45,264 nt of DNA, taken from NCBI GenBank assembly GCA_964654145.1, contig CAZZHI010000003.1, forward strand, positions 15,312-60,575, in the 5' to 3' direction. The stretch comes from an uncultured Candidatus Saccharibacteria bacterium (GTDB lineage Bacteria; Patescibacteriota; Andersenbacteria; UBA10190). Both the position numbers and the translations under genes were made by a program. Shown in pieces: positions 27,750-37,043 of the stretch (positions are counted from its first letter, which is position 1; every line of letters begins with the position of its first letter). The notes beneath the pieces are model-generated. The model did not search any database. It was not told the DNA's origin and saw only the letters and a list, made by a program, of their open reading frames with translations.

Positions 27750-28982
27750 ATGCGTATAACAGCTTGTAGGATATGTAATGGGCGAAATATTGTTTCTGTG
27801 TTGGATTTGGGGATGATGCCTGCGCCGAACCGATTTCCTGAGAGTGTCAAAGACTTTCAGTCTGAAGAAATGTTCCCACTCCGGTTTTGTCGCTGCGAGG
27901 ACTGTGGGCTGGCGATGATTGACGAGGTGGTTGCACCAGAAAAGCTATTTTCTACGTATCACTATTTAACTGCAGCATCGAGCCCCCTAGTAACTCACTT
28001 TCGAGCATTAGCGGAGGAGGTTCAGGAAAAATTTCGTTTAACAAAAAAGTCAAAAGTGCTTGATATAGGTGCAAACGATGGCACGCTCTTACTTGAGTTT
28101 CAAAAGCATGGCACTAAAACGCTTGGTATCGATCCGGCAAAAAATGTTGCCTTAATTGCTGAAACTAAAGGCGTGCACGTATTGCCAGAGTTTTTCTCCC
28201 ACGCATTGGCAAAAAAAGTAAAGAAAAAAGAGGGCGAGTTTGATGTTATTACGGCTACAAATGTATTTGCTCATACGCATGACATTCATGATTTTACCAA
28301 TGGGGTTAAAGAATTACTCGCTCCAAATGGGGTTTTTATCGTAGAGTTTGCTCATTTGCTAGAAATGTTTGAGCATAAATTCTTTGACGTAATTTATCAT
28401 GAACATTTGTCATTTTATGCTCTCCAGCCCCTGGTTCAATTCTTTGAGGGGCATGGAATGAAAATATTCGATGCAAAGAAGATTTTAACTCAAGGCGGTT
28501 CATTACGAATTTACGTAACTCATGAAAAAAGTAAGAAGCATGACATTTCTCCGGCGATAGCTAAGATTTTAAAAGAGGAGAAAAAACACGGATTAGATAC
28601 AAGGGAATCTTTTGAGAAATTTGCTGATTATGTCAGGGGGTATCAATCCTCGCTACGGACTTTGTTGCAGAAACTTAAAATGAAAGGAAAAACAATTGTA
28701 GGCGTAGGTGCACCAGCAAAAGGAGTTATATTGCTTAACTATTGCAGAATTGATGGAGATATTATTGATTATTTGGTAGACAGTACCCCTTTAAAGCAGC
28801 ATAGGTTTCTTCCCGGGGTGCATATTCCAGTATTTTCCGAAGAGAAATTAGCTGAAGAAAAAATAGACTACTTTATAATCCTGGCGCATAATTTTCAGGA
28901 CGAAATTATTCAAAAGCTTTCTCCGTATCGAGATCGAGGAGCAAAAATTATCTTGCCATTTCCGAAGATTCATACAATATGA
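27750..28982 (+). CDS. Zinc-ribbon SAM-dependent methyltransferase, NDP-hexose C-methyltransferase-like
   Basis: The track start is GTG 27714. ATG 27750 gives MRITACRICNG, with the ribbon at the N-terminus as in the paralogue. Blocks: CRICNGRNIV...CRCEDCGLAMI, VLDIGANDGTLLLEF, IVGVGAPAKGVILLNY and DYFIILAHNF. Confidence 0.7.
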   Translation: MRITACRICNGRNIVSVLDLGMMPAPNRFPESVKDFQSEEMFPLRFCRCEDCGLAMIDEVVAPEKLFSTYHYLTAASSPLVTHFRALAEEVQEKFRLTKKSKVLDIGANDGTLLLEFQKHGTKTLGIDPAKNVALIAETKGVHVLPEFFSHALAKKVKKKEGEFDVITATNVFAHTHDIHDFTNGVKELLAPNGVFIVEFAHLLEMFEHKFFDVIYHEHLSFYALQPLVQFFEGHGMKIFDAKKILTQGGSLRIYVTHEKSKKHDISPAIAKILKEEKKHGLDTRESFEKFADYVRGYQSSLRTLLQKLKMKGKTIVGVGAPAKGVILLNYCRIDGDIIDYLVDSTPLKQHRFLPGVHIPVFSEEKLAEEKIDYFIILAHNFQDEIIQKLSPYRDRGAKIILPFPKIHTI

Positions 28983-29902
28983 ATCTTCCGTACTCCCGAG
29001 TTCTCATAACTGGTTGCACGGGATTTGTTGGATCTAGATTAGCTTCTACGCTTATTGAAAAGGGAATAGATGTTCATGGGCTAGGATTGCCTGATAGCCA
29101 TGATGATTCTCCTGTAGAGAAGCAGAACATGCATGAAGGCACTATTGCAGACAAGGATTTTATTACTTCTCTTATGAAGCAAGTAAAACCACAAGCGGTA
29201 TTTCATTTAGCTGCGTATGGTACGTTTGGGCACGAGAGGGATGTAGAGCGAATGATAGAAGTAAATATTGCTGGGACTAAAAATATACTTGATGCCAGTG
29301 TGGATACGGGAGTTACTTCATTTATTATGGCCGCTTCTGCAAAAGAGTACGCAACTGGCCGTGTTCCTCATGTGGAAGAAGAGATGCTTTCTCCTTGGGA
29401 TGATTACGCCGCAACTAAAGCGGCCGCAGAATTCTTTTGTCAGTTATTTGCATTACGAAACCGCATTTCAACAACTGCTCTCCGCCTTTCTCCTGTATAT
29501 GGCCCAGGGGATTCGCTTTCTCGCTTTGTTCCCGTAGCTATTGCCTCCGCGCTATCTGGAAAGCCATTTACTATTTCTTCTGGGTCGTTAGTGAGAAACT
29601 TTACTTATATTGATGATGTTGTTGATGCTTTTATACAGGCTTCGCTCCGTACAGGCGGACAATATGAGGCTTGTAATATAGCATCTCCAGAAGTGCATTC
29701 TTTTGAGGATGTACTGGCTGCAGTAGAGAGCGCCACTGGTAAACCTATTACCCGAATACAGTCCATAGAGCAATCTTCGACAGACGATTCCTGGCTACTT
29801 CAATCAGATAAGGCGAAAAATATACTAGGCTGGGAAGCAAAAGTATCTTTACGCGAAGGAGTAGATCGAACGGTCAAGTGGTATACTGAAACACAATTAT
29901 GA
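28979..29902 (+). CDS. NAD-dependent epimerase/dehydratase/reductase (extended SDR)
   Basis: 307 aa with ITGCTGFVGSRL and catalytic YAATKAAAE. ATGA overlaps occur at both ends (28979-28982 and 29899-29902). Confidence 0.75.
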   Translation: MNLPYSRVLITGCTGFVGSRLASTLIEKGIDVHGLGLPDSHDDSPVEKQNMHEGTIADKDFITSLMKQVKPQAVFHLAAYGTFGHERDVERMIEVNIAGTKNILDASVDTGVTSFIMAASAKEYATGRVPHVEEEMLSPWDDYAATKAAAEFFCQLFALRNRISTTALRLSPVYGPGDSLSRFVPVAIASALSGKPFTISSGSLVRNFTYIDDVVDAFIQASLRTGGQYEACNIASPEVHSFEDVLAAVESATGKPITRIQSIEQSSTDDSWLLQSDKAKNILGWEAKVSLREGVDRTVKWYTETQL

Positions 29903-31506
29903 CGGAAGTTTTATTACAGTCTGCTAAAAAAAGAATTTTTTCTTTGGGTCAGATACTTATGAGGCCAAAGGTGGCACATATTATTCTAGAGGTTTGCGTT
30001 ATAGTATCTCTCGTTGCTGCTGTGGCGGGCGAGAGGACTATTATTGCAACGCAGCGACGAATTATGCCGGCTGGGGATGTGTTTAATTTTCAAAGCATCG
30101 CTCGCAATATCCGTTACTTGGATTACCCAATGCAAGAAAAGCGCTTGCCTGGGTTCCCGATTGCAATTTTAATTGGTACAGAGCTCGGATTCGATCCAAC
30201 GCTCACGGGTATTGCTATTAGTATTATTGCATCTGCAGGGACTACGGTAATTTTATATTTATTAGGCAGGCATTTTAAGTGGCCCATTTTCCCTTTAGCT
30301 ACCGTACTTCTTCTTACGAGCGTTGCGCCACTTCTTACTATTAATGGGGTTCGCCCACTTTCTGACAGCTATTTCCTATTTTTGATCGTCCTCTCGGTAT
30401 ATATGGTAACGGTAGCCCGTCCTACAAAAGCTTGGGCATTATGGACGGGCTTTGTATTGGCTTTTATGGTGTTTACTCGGTATGAAGGAGGGCCAACCGC
30501 CGTATTATTATTGCTGCTTCTTCGCCTTAGAATGTCTTGGAGGCTCGTATTATATGCTTGCTTGCCGTTAGGGGTGGGAACTTTGCTATGGATACCAGTA
30601 CTTAACCATATTAATGGATCATTAAGTGAGTTCGGGTATGCGAGGGATGCAAAAGAGGTTGCGAGCCTTGAAACCTTACCCCAGGATTATCTTCGCATTG
30701 TCGCAAGTTCAGGTTTTGGGAATGCTTGGGTAATTGCAGATGCTTGGTCTGAAGATAAACAAATACGCGAAGAGGCGAAGCAGCTACCAGAATCCTTGGG
30801 ATGGTGGTTGAGCGCATTGGGATCTTTTGGGTTTATTTGGATTATTGTTTCTTTGCGCAAGGAAGCAGCGCCGTTGTTTGTCGCGTTTATTTTGTATCCA
30901 GTCCTGCCTGCGTGGTGGTTTACTTATAGTAGGTACGTAGCCCCGATGAGCGCCTTTTATTTCTTTTGTATTGCAGGGGGCGCTGTCGGTATTTGGCAGA
31001 TAATTCAATTTTTATTTAAAAGAGCCCCGGCGTTTACGAGGGGGATAGCGGCGGTATTGTTAGGTGTCCTGCTAATTCTCGCAATATTTGATGTTGCGCC
31101 TCTTTTGTATAAAGAAGGAGTTTCTCGAGGGCTAGAGAATAACGGAAGAGGATATTCTCTTTACGCTGCTCTGCAGTCATTGCGCCATAAATCAAATCGC
31201 GTCGCAGTATCCGCGGATTACCTTATGGCATATATGATGTTTGGAAGTGTGGATAGCCCTAAAGATGGCTTAAATGCTGGCAGGGGTATTTATTTTTCAG
31301 CAAAACCAGACGCTACCCCAGAAGAGCTTGCGAGGTATATGGAAGATAAAAAGATAGATGTTTTAGTTGATAGCGGGGAAAAGGAAGTAAAGGGTCTCGT
31401 GGCGTATCTTAAAGCACGTGATGGAATTACTGAATCGGAAGTATTTACGTGGCCACGTCAGGATGGGGATATTGATACGACGTATATTCATCATATTAAG
31501 AAGTAG
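29899..31506 (+). CDS. GT-C-type polytopic glycosyltransferase (group 3, short form)
   Basis: 535 aa and a paralogue of the truncated 1-1240 gene. Shared blocks are AGDVFNFQSIARNIRYLDYPMQEKRLPGFPIAILIG and FTRYEGGPTAVLLL. It has about 12 helices and a soluble ~120-aa C-terminal domain. Confidence 0.7.
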   Translation: MTEVLLQSAKKRIFSLGQILMRPKVAHIILEVCVIVSLVAAVAGERTIIATQRRIMPAGDVFNFQSIARNIRYLDYPMQEKRLPGFPIAILIGTELGFDPTLTGIAISIIASAGTTVILYLLGRHFKWPIFPLATVLLLTSVAPLLTINGVRPLSDSYFLFLIVLSVYMVTVARPTKAWALWTGFVLAFMVFTRYEGGPTAVLLLLLLRLRMSWRLVLYACLPLGVGTLLWIPVLNHINGSLSEFGYARDAKEVASLETLPQDYLRIVASSGFGNAWVIADAWSEDKQIREEAKQLPESLGWWLSALGSFGFIWIIVSLRKEAAPLFVAFILYPVLPAWWFTYSRYVAPMSAFYFFCIAGGAVGIWQIIQFLFKRAPAFTRGIAAVLLGVLLILAIFDVAPLLYKEGVSRGLENNGRGYSLYAALQSLRHKSNRVAVSADYLMAYMMFGSVDSPKDGLNAGRGIYFSAKPDATPEELARYMEDKKIDVLVDSGEKEVKGLVAYLKARDGITESEVFTWPRQDGDIDTTYIHHIKK

Positions 31507-31513
31507 GAAAACT

Positions 31514-32299
31514 ATGTATAGCGGGGAAAGAATATTGCCAAAAAAGATTTTTAACGTTACCTATCAACAGAGTTTGGTGGCATACGAATTTGCTTCAAGG
31601 TATGCCGAAGGTAAAACAGTTCTCGATGTGGCTTCGGGGGAAGGATACGGAACCTCTTTGCTTGGGAAGAAAGCATCTCGTGCCGTAGGGCTTGATTATG
31701 ACAAAGATGCTATTTTGCAAGCTAGAAAAAATTACAAAAATGCTAATACGACTTTTGTGCGAGGCAATCTTTTACGTGCACCAGAAGTATTGAAGGAGGA
31801 AAAATTTGATGTAGTTTGCTGTTTTCAAACAATCGAACATGTTCAGGATCATGACGCATTTTTACGCTCATTAATGCGCGTTACAAAGCCGGGAGGGGTA
31901 ATTTTAGTTAGTACTCCAAATACGGTAGTCTTTCCGAGTTTTAATCCCTATCATGTTCATGAGGTTGATTATAGGGAGATAAAGGAACTATTTCACAGAA
32001 ATTTTAAAGATTTTACTATATACGGGGTTTTTGGAGATGGGGCAGTTATGCAGTATCGCGCGAGTAAACAGAAAATATCAGATACTATTTTACGTCTTGA
32101 TGTACTGCAGGCGCGCACATGGCTCCCTCGGCGAATCCTTATGGGAATATATGCCTTTGTGTCATACTTTATGATTAAAAAAATAAGTTTTTGGAAGCAC
32201 TCTAAAGAAGTTAGCACTATTACTACGAAAAACTTTTACGTTGAGGAGAATAATGCAGAAAAAGCATTGGATTTTATTGTTATTGCAAAGAATGTATGA
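31514..32299 (+). CDS. Class I SAM-dependent methyltransferase with a hydrophobic/amphipathic C-terminal segment
   Basis: The track ORF starts at 31418 inside the upstream gene. ATG 31514 (MYSGERILP) has AGGA 5 nt upstream. Motif I is VLDVASGEGYGTSLL, followed by FQTIEHVQDHDAFLRSLMRVTKPGGVILVSTPN. The tail is RRILMGIYAFVSYFMIKKISFW. The stop overlaps the next start (ATGA at 32296-32299). Confidence 0.8.
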   Translation: MYSGERILPKKIFNVTYQQSLVAYEFASRYAEGKTVLDVASGEGYGTSLLGKKASRAVGLDYDKDAILQARKNYKNANTTFVRGNLLRAPEVLKEEKFDVVCCFQTIEHVQDHDAFLRSLMRVTKPGGVILVSTPNTVVFPSFNPYHVHEVDYREIKELFHRNFKDFTIYGVFGDGAVMQYRASKQKISDTILRLDVLQARTWLPRRILMGIYAFVSYFMIKKISFWKHSKEVSTITTKNFYVEENNAEKALDFIVIAKNV

Positions 32300-33843
32300 A
32301 GAATAGCTGGTTACTAAAAGTGGTTTTTGTGGGGGCGATATTTCTTCCCAGGCTTATACTTGCTGATGATTTTTTTATCCAAGATGAACAGCCTTGGATT
32401 GATAGGTCTCAGGCATATGTTGATTCTTTGTTTGCTGGAGATTTTGCGGGAGCAGTTCGATACCCCCTCTCAAATCATCCTGCAATCACTCTTATGACTA
32501 CAGTAGGTCCTGTTATGAATTTTTACGGAGCGTATCATGATCTTTCGGGCACGTACGAAGGGTGGTCGACTGATCATAAGCGCGAAGCTGCAGTTTGGGC
32601 ACGATATGTTTGGGGTATTGTATGTAGCTGCGCCCTAATCATTTTGGGTATAGTGGTTTCTAAAATAAAGTTTTTTCATGATAGGCAATGGGCAGCTGGA
32701 TTGACAGTGGTTCTGCTTGGATTAGAGCCCTGGGTATGGGGAATTTCAAGATCGGTAAGTGTTGATGTTCTTATGGCAATTGGAGTTGTGGGAATGCTTT
32801 GTTCCGCAATAGTTGCCTATGAGCAAAAGAGTGCGAAGTGGGCAATATATTCTGGAGCATGGTTTGCTATTGCATTTATTTCTAAATCGCCAGCACTTAT
32901 TACGGCTCCTCTCGCGATTGTTTTGGCCAGCTATATTCCTCGCGGAACAATAAAAGATCAAAGTATGCGCCTTCTTCTTTGGTTTTTTGGGGCGTTTATT
33001 ACTGCATGCATAGTATGGCCTCCGTTTGTATTACATCCTGTTGCTAGGCTTACGGACGTGCTTGCTCGGGCGGAATTACATTCAACTGTTCAGGAGATAT
33101 ATAATTGGCCAGGCGCGCATCCTCCATTATTTATTTTTACTCTATCGGCATTTGCTACAGTTGGCTGCATTTTATATATCCTAAATCGCATACGAGATAT
33201 TCGCGCGCAAGGATGGAAAATATTTGCACCCGATATATTGTTTATTGCGGGAATTTGGCATGGAGCATTATTACTTTATTTAAACGGTGACCATGCTCGA
33301 AAAAATTTACCTGTATTGGCACTATTGGCTTTTGTGGGTGCCTTTGGATGGATTTGGTCTATCGGCCATAGAAAAGTTTCAAAAATTACAATAGCTGTTG
33401 GACTTTTAGTATTGCAGGGTATTTTTGTTTGGCCATATTTCCCCCATGTGATTACTTCTTATAATGTTTTGTTCCCGTCTTCTGATGGGAAGAGGTTACT
33501 CGTTGATGTCGGAAACGGTTCACGACTTATCGCTAATTATATTAATGATCACGCCGAGGGTTCTGTATATGCAATTCCAATGGATAGTTTAGTCGCACCC
33601 TATTTGGATGGCAATAAGAGAGATTCTATAAGGGGATTTCCCCCAGAGGGGAAACTTGCGAATATTGATAAAGATGTAACGGATATTGTGATTCCAGCTA
33701 GTCTTCCGGCACGCATTTCGTTCGATGTGGAAGGGAAAAATCTTCTTGAGGAGGTATCTCGAAAGAATCCAAAGGCAATACTTTCTATACGGGATGTTCC
33801 TATGTTTTTGATATATAGTATAGATGATGAAGACAGCATATAA
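32296..33843 (+). CDS. GT39/PMT_2-like GT-C glycosyltransferase (group 1, divergent member)
   Basis: 515 aa. Group-1 blocks: FFIQDEQPWIDRSQAYVDSLF...SNHPAITLM and LEPWVWGISRSVSVDVLM. The outside domain has DVGNGSRLIANYINDHAEGSV at the position of GWGEGL...YLNE in the other group-1 proteins. Confidence 0.7.
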   Translation: MKNSWLLKVVFVGAIFLPRLILADDFFIQDEQPWIDRSQAYVDSLFAGDFAGAVRYPLSNHPAITLMTTVGPVMNFYGAYHDLSGTYEGWSTDHKREAAVWARYVWGIVCSCALIILGIVVSKIKFFHDRQWAAGLTVVLLGLEPWVWGISRSVSVDVLMAIGVVGMLCSAIVAYEQKSAKWAIYSGAWFAIAFISKSPALITAPLAIVLASYIPRGTIKDQSMRLLLWFFGAFITACIVWPPFVLHPVARLTDVLARAELHSTVQEIYNWPGAHPPLFIFTLSAFATVGCILYILNRIRDIRAQGWKIFAPDILFIAGIWHGALLLYLNGDHARKNLPVLALLAFVGAFGWIWSIGHRKVSKITIAVGLLVLQGIFVWPYFPHVITSYNVLFPSSDGKRLLVDVGNGSRLIANYINDHAEGSVYAIPMDSLVAPYLDGNKRDSIRGFPPEGKLANIDKDVTDIVIPASLPARISFDVEGKNLLEEVSRKNPKAILSIRDVPMFLIYSIDDEDSI

Positions 33844-35872
33844 GCAGCACGTTGCGGCGATAGTTTTCTTTTCTTTACTCGCGCTCTTGATGACGTATCC
33901 AGTTGTACGTTTTTTAGGGACACGTGTTGCAGGGTCTGGCGGAGATCCATGGCAAACTATGTGGCGAATGGAAGTAAAGTCTTCTGGAGGATTTTCGGCA
34001 TTTGTCCGGGACGTGTTAGGGGTAGGGGAGCCTCAGCTTGCAAATCTCTCTGCGTGGCCCTGGGCACCACTTCATACTGCTCTTGGGCAACCATATACGT
34101 ATAATATAGTTTGGTTATTATCTTTTATTCTTGCCGGATATGGTATGGCCTTTTTTGTGCAAACGTTAACAAGGGAAAAGAGCATATGGAGTTTTGCGCC
34201 CGTATTGGCTGGAATAGCCTATATGTTTACCCCATATCATGTTGCGCATGCCCTGGGGCATTTTGGTGCAATGCAGGGTCAGTGGATTCCTTTTATCGCC
34301 TCCGCGGCTCTCGTCTTTGTACGCACTTGGAAGATTCGTACAGCAATTGTTCTTGGCGGTTTATTAACATTGCAGGCTTGGACTGAGCATCATTATATTC
34401 TATGGCTATTTTTATTTGGCCTTATTGCTATGTTTGTATATAGAAAAGAGCTATACATTTCGGCAAAAGGGCATAAGCGTGCCGTGTGCACACTTGGTAT
34501 AATAGCGGGGTTAGGTGTTCTGCTCCCTTTTGTTCCAACGATTCGTTTGGCCACCGAAAAAAGTGAGGCACTAAACTTAGGGGTTATACAGACTATTCGG
34601 TTTTCTGCGGATCTATTTTCTTTTATAACTCCTGCACCATTTCACCCTGTGTGGGGGAGCGCTTCTTATGAACTTTTTGGGCAATACTTTACGGGAAATA
34701 TCGCAGAATCCGTACAGTACTTAGGAATTGTGGTGTTGCTGCCTGTTCTCTTTTTTTCTCGGCATATTCCTATAAAGCAAAAAAGGCTTTGGATAACCTC
34801 CGCATTATTTTTTGGAATTATGAGCCTTGGTCCCGTTTTGCATGTGTTTGGTAATGAACTAAATGTACCGCTTCCGTATGCGCTTCTTGTACATGCGCCT
34901 GTTTTTTCTGCTATTCGAGTTATAGCGCGTTCTGGCGTTATGGTGGGTTTTGCAACCGCGGTGTTATTTGGTTGGGTCATCACAACAAACAAATTGCCTT
35001 TTAAAGCTGCATTGTTCATAGGAGTATTATTGCTTGTAGAGTTTGCTTTCTTTCCTTTTCCTATGCAGCAAACAACGTTATCGTCGGCATATGGCGCACT
35101 TCAGGATGTGCGAGAGTCTAAAATTATAGAGTTGCCAGCTGCTACAAATTACACTGCAGCTTCACGATCCTTGTATGCGAGCGCATTTCACAATAAGGAA
35201 GTTTTTGGAAATATTGCCCTAGAGAGGGGTAAGGCTCCAGACGAGTTTGATCTTGAGAAATCTGTCCCTGCTATTCGCCAATTATTATTTCTTCGTACAA
35301 CGGATTTATCAGAAATGCGCAAAGAGTTTTTTGGGCAAGATATATCAGAAACCCTTCCTGATGCTATGGAATGGTTAGATATTGGAGCTATTATTGTGCA
35401 CACCGACTCTCTTTCTGAATTACAAAATGTTTCTATTGAGGAATTCCTTGGGAATGTCCAGGTTTTTGCAAAGCAATCATTCGGGGATACGGATATATAT
35501 ATAAAGCGGGGCGATGAAGTAGTAAAAAAGTCTGATGGAATGTTCTTGGTTCGAGGCGATGGATGGGAAAATGTTGGGTTTGATCCCAAACGAGAAAGTG
35601 TTTTTGCGGAAATTCCTTCAATGGCATCGGTAAAAATTGTAAATACGCTTTCGGCTTCGCGTGTAGTTACCCTTTCCTTAAATACGTTAGACGAATCACA
35701 GCGTGATACGCTCATTGTAAAAGATCAAAACGGAAGCACTGTGAAACCAGAACTACGGGGGGATCGCCTGATGTATACCTTCCCTGTTCCGCCAGGAGAA
35801 TTCGAGATTTCTTTCTCTAATACTGGTTCCCGGAGTATTATTATTCAAAATCCGCTTCTGGGCGGCATATAG
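33824..35872 (+). CDS. Large polytopic membrane protein, GT-C/YfhO-like (uncharacterised family) with a ~250-aa C-terminal outside domain
   Basis: 682 aa. The N-terminus LMTYPVVRFLGTRVAGSGGDPWQTMWRM resembles a widespread uncharacterised membrane-protein family (..YP....L......G..GD..Q..W..). It has about 12 helices. There is a 20-nt out-of-frame overlap with the upstream gene. Confidence 0.45.
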   Translation: MMKTAYKQHVAAIVFFSLLALLMTYPVVRFLGTRVAGSGGDPWQTMWRMEVKSSGGFSAFVRDVLGVGEPQLANLSAWPWAPLHTALGQPYTYNIVWLLSFILAGYGMAFFVQTLTREKSIWSFAPVLAGIAYMFTPYHVAHALGHFGAMQGQWIPFIASAALVFVRTWKIRTAIVLGGLLTLQAWTEHHYILWLFLFGLIAMFVYRKELYISAKGHKRAVCTLGIIAGLGVLLPFVPTIRLATEKSEALNLGVIQTIRFSADLFSFITPAPFHPVWGSASYELFGQYFTGNIAESVQYLGIVVLLPVLFFSRHIPIKQKRLWITSALFFGIMSLGPVLHVFGNELNVPLPYALLVHAPVFSAIRVIARSGVMVGFATAVLFGWVITTNKLPFKAALFIGVLLLVEFAFFPFPMQQTTLSSAYGALQDVRESKIIELPAATNYTAASRSLYASAFHNKEVFGNIALERGKAPDEFDLEKSVPAIRQLLFLRTTDLSEMRKEFFGQDISETLPDAMEWLDIGAIIVHTDSLSELQNVSIEEFLGNVQVFAKQSFGDTDIYIKRGDEVVKKSDGMFLVRGDGWENVGFDPKRESVFAEIPSMASVKIVNTLSASRVVTLSLNTLDESQRDTLIVKDQNGSTVKPELRGDRLMYTFPVPPGEFEISFSNTGSRSIIIQNPLLGGI

Positions 35873-35882
35873 GCCAATTACT

Positions 35883-37043
35883 ATGAATATTTTGATTATT
35901 AATTTTGAATATCCTCCATTGGGTGGAGGGGGTGGGGTAGCAACTGCGGATATTGCGGGTGAATTGGCAAAACGTCACACTGTCCATGTTTTGACCACAG
36001 CTTTTCCAACACTGCCCCGCTTTGAGGTTGTTGATGGTGTGCATATTCATCGAGTTCCAGTGCTTGGGAGATTTGCCCTACCTACCGCATCTTTCCTTTC
36101 CTTGATTACTTTTGCTCCGGTCGCATTTTTTGCAGGGATATTCATGATGAGAAAAGTATCCTTCGATATTATATATACACAATTTGTTATTCCTTCCGGA
36201 TTGCCTGCGGCATTATTATCGAAACTATTTTCTATTCCATTTGTCCTCACATTTATTGGAGGGGACATATATGATCCATCAAAAGGAATTTCTCCTCATC
36301 GGCATGCTCTTTTTCGAATGATTATTCGATGGATTGCTACCCGAGCGGCTGTTCGTACAGCTATTTCTCATGATACAAAGACGCGAACAATTGAGCTGCA
36401 TGGAGTAACTAAGGATATTCAAGTAGTCCCTATTGGCTTAAAAAAATTCATCGCGAAAGAAGCTACTCGTAGCGAACTTGGCTTCTCTGATAAAGATATT
36501 ATTTGCGTATCTATTGGGAGGCTTGTGCCTCGAAAGGGATATGATGTGTTACTTGCTGCATGGAAGGATATACCTGAAGCAAAGCTTATTATTATCGGAA
36601 ATGGGCCATTGAGGGCAGATCTTTCGCATACGATTAAAAAATACGGCCTTTCCAATAGAGTGCAATTACTTGGGCAAGTTGAAGAAGAAAAAAAGGCTCA
36701 ATTATTGCGCATAGCGGATATGTATGTTTCCGCTGCTCAGCATGAAGGTTTTGGAATTGTCTTTTTGGAAGCAATGAATGCTGGGCTGGCAATCGTGGCC
36801 GCAAACGATGGGGGGCAGCGAGATTTTTTGGAGAATGGAGAAAATGCGATTTTAATTGCTCCGCATGATGTCCGTGCTCTTGTCCGGGCTGTGCAAACGC
36901 TTATTAAAGATATTCATTTGCGGCACACAATGGGAACAAAAAATAAGAAGGCTGTAGAGAATTATTATATTGACCGTACGGCTGCTCGAATTGAGGATAT
37001 TTTGATTCAAGCACGTAAGAAGTCCTATGAACGTAATAATTGA
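35883..37043 (+). CDS. GT4-family (GT-B) glycosyltransferase
   Basis: 386 aa with MNILIINFEYPPLGGGGGVATADIAGELAK and SAAQHEGFGIVFLEAMNAGLAIVAANDGG (EX7E-type motif). Confidence 0.85.
   Translation: MNILIINFEYPPLGGGGGVATADIAGELAKRHTVHVLTTAFPTLPRFEVVDGVHIHRVPVLGRFALPTASFLSLITFAPVAFFAGIFMMRKVSFDIIYTQFVIPSGLPAALLSKLFSIPFVLTFIGGDIYDPSKGISPHRHALFRMIIRWIATRAAVRTAISHDTKTRTIELHGVTKDIQVVPIGLKKFIAKEATRSELGFSDKDIICVSIGRLVPRKGYDVLLAAWKDIPEAKLIIIGNGPLRADLSHTIKKYGLSNRVQLLGQVEEEKKAQLLRIADMYVSAAQHEGFGIVFLEAMNAGLAIVAANDGGQRDFLENGENAILIAPHDVRALVRAVQTLIKDIHLRHTMGTKNKKAVENYYIDRTAARIEDILIQARKKSYERNN

Noticed and set aside
35188-35715. A 175-aa ORF antisense to the 33824-35872 membrane protein gene.
   Set aside because: It is Ser/Arg-rich with low-complexity composition typical of the reverse frame of a real gene. 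It has no recognisable motif, and it lies fully inside a gene with coherent TM periodicity. I made the same judgement for 16945-17331, 15004-15429, 5940-6284, 4614-4967, 34666-35019, 33600-33950, 37833-38186 and the other short overlapping track ORFs.
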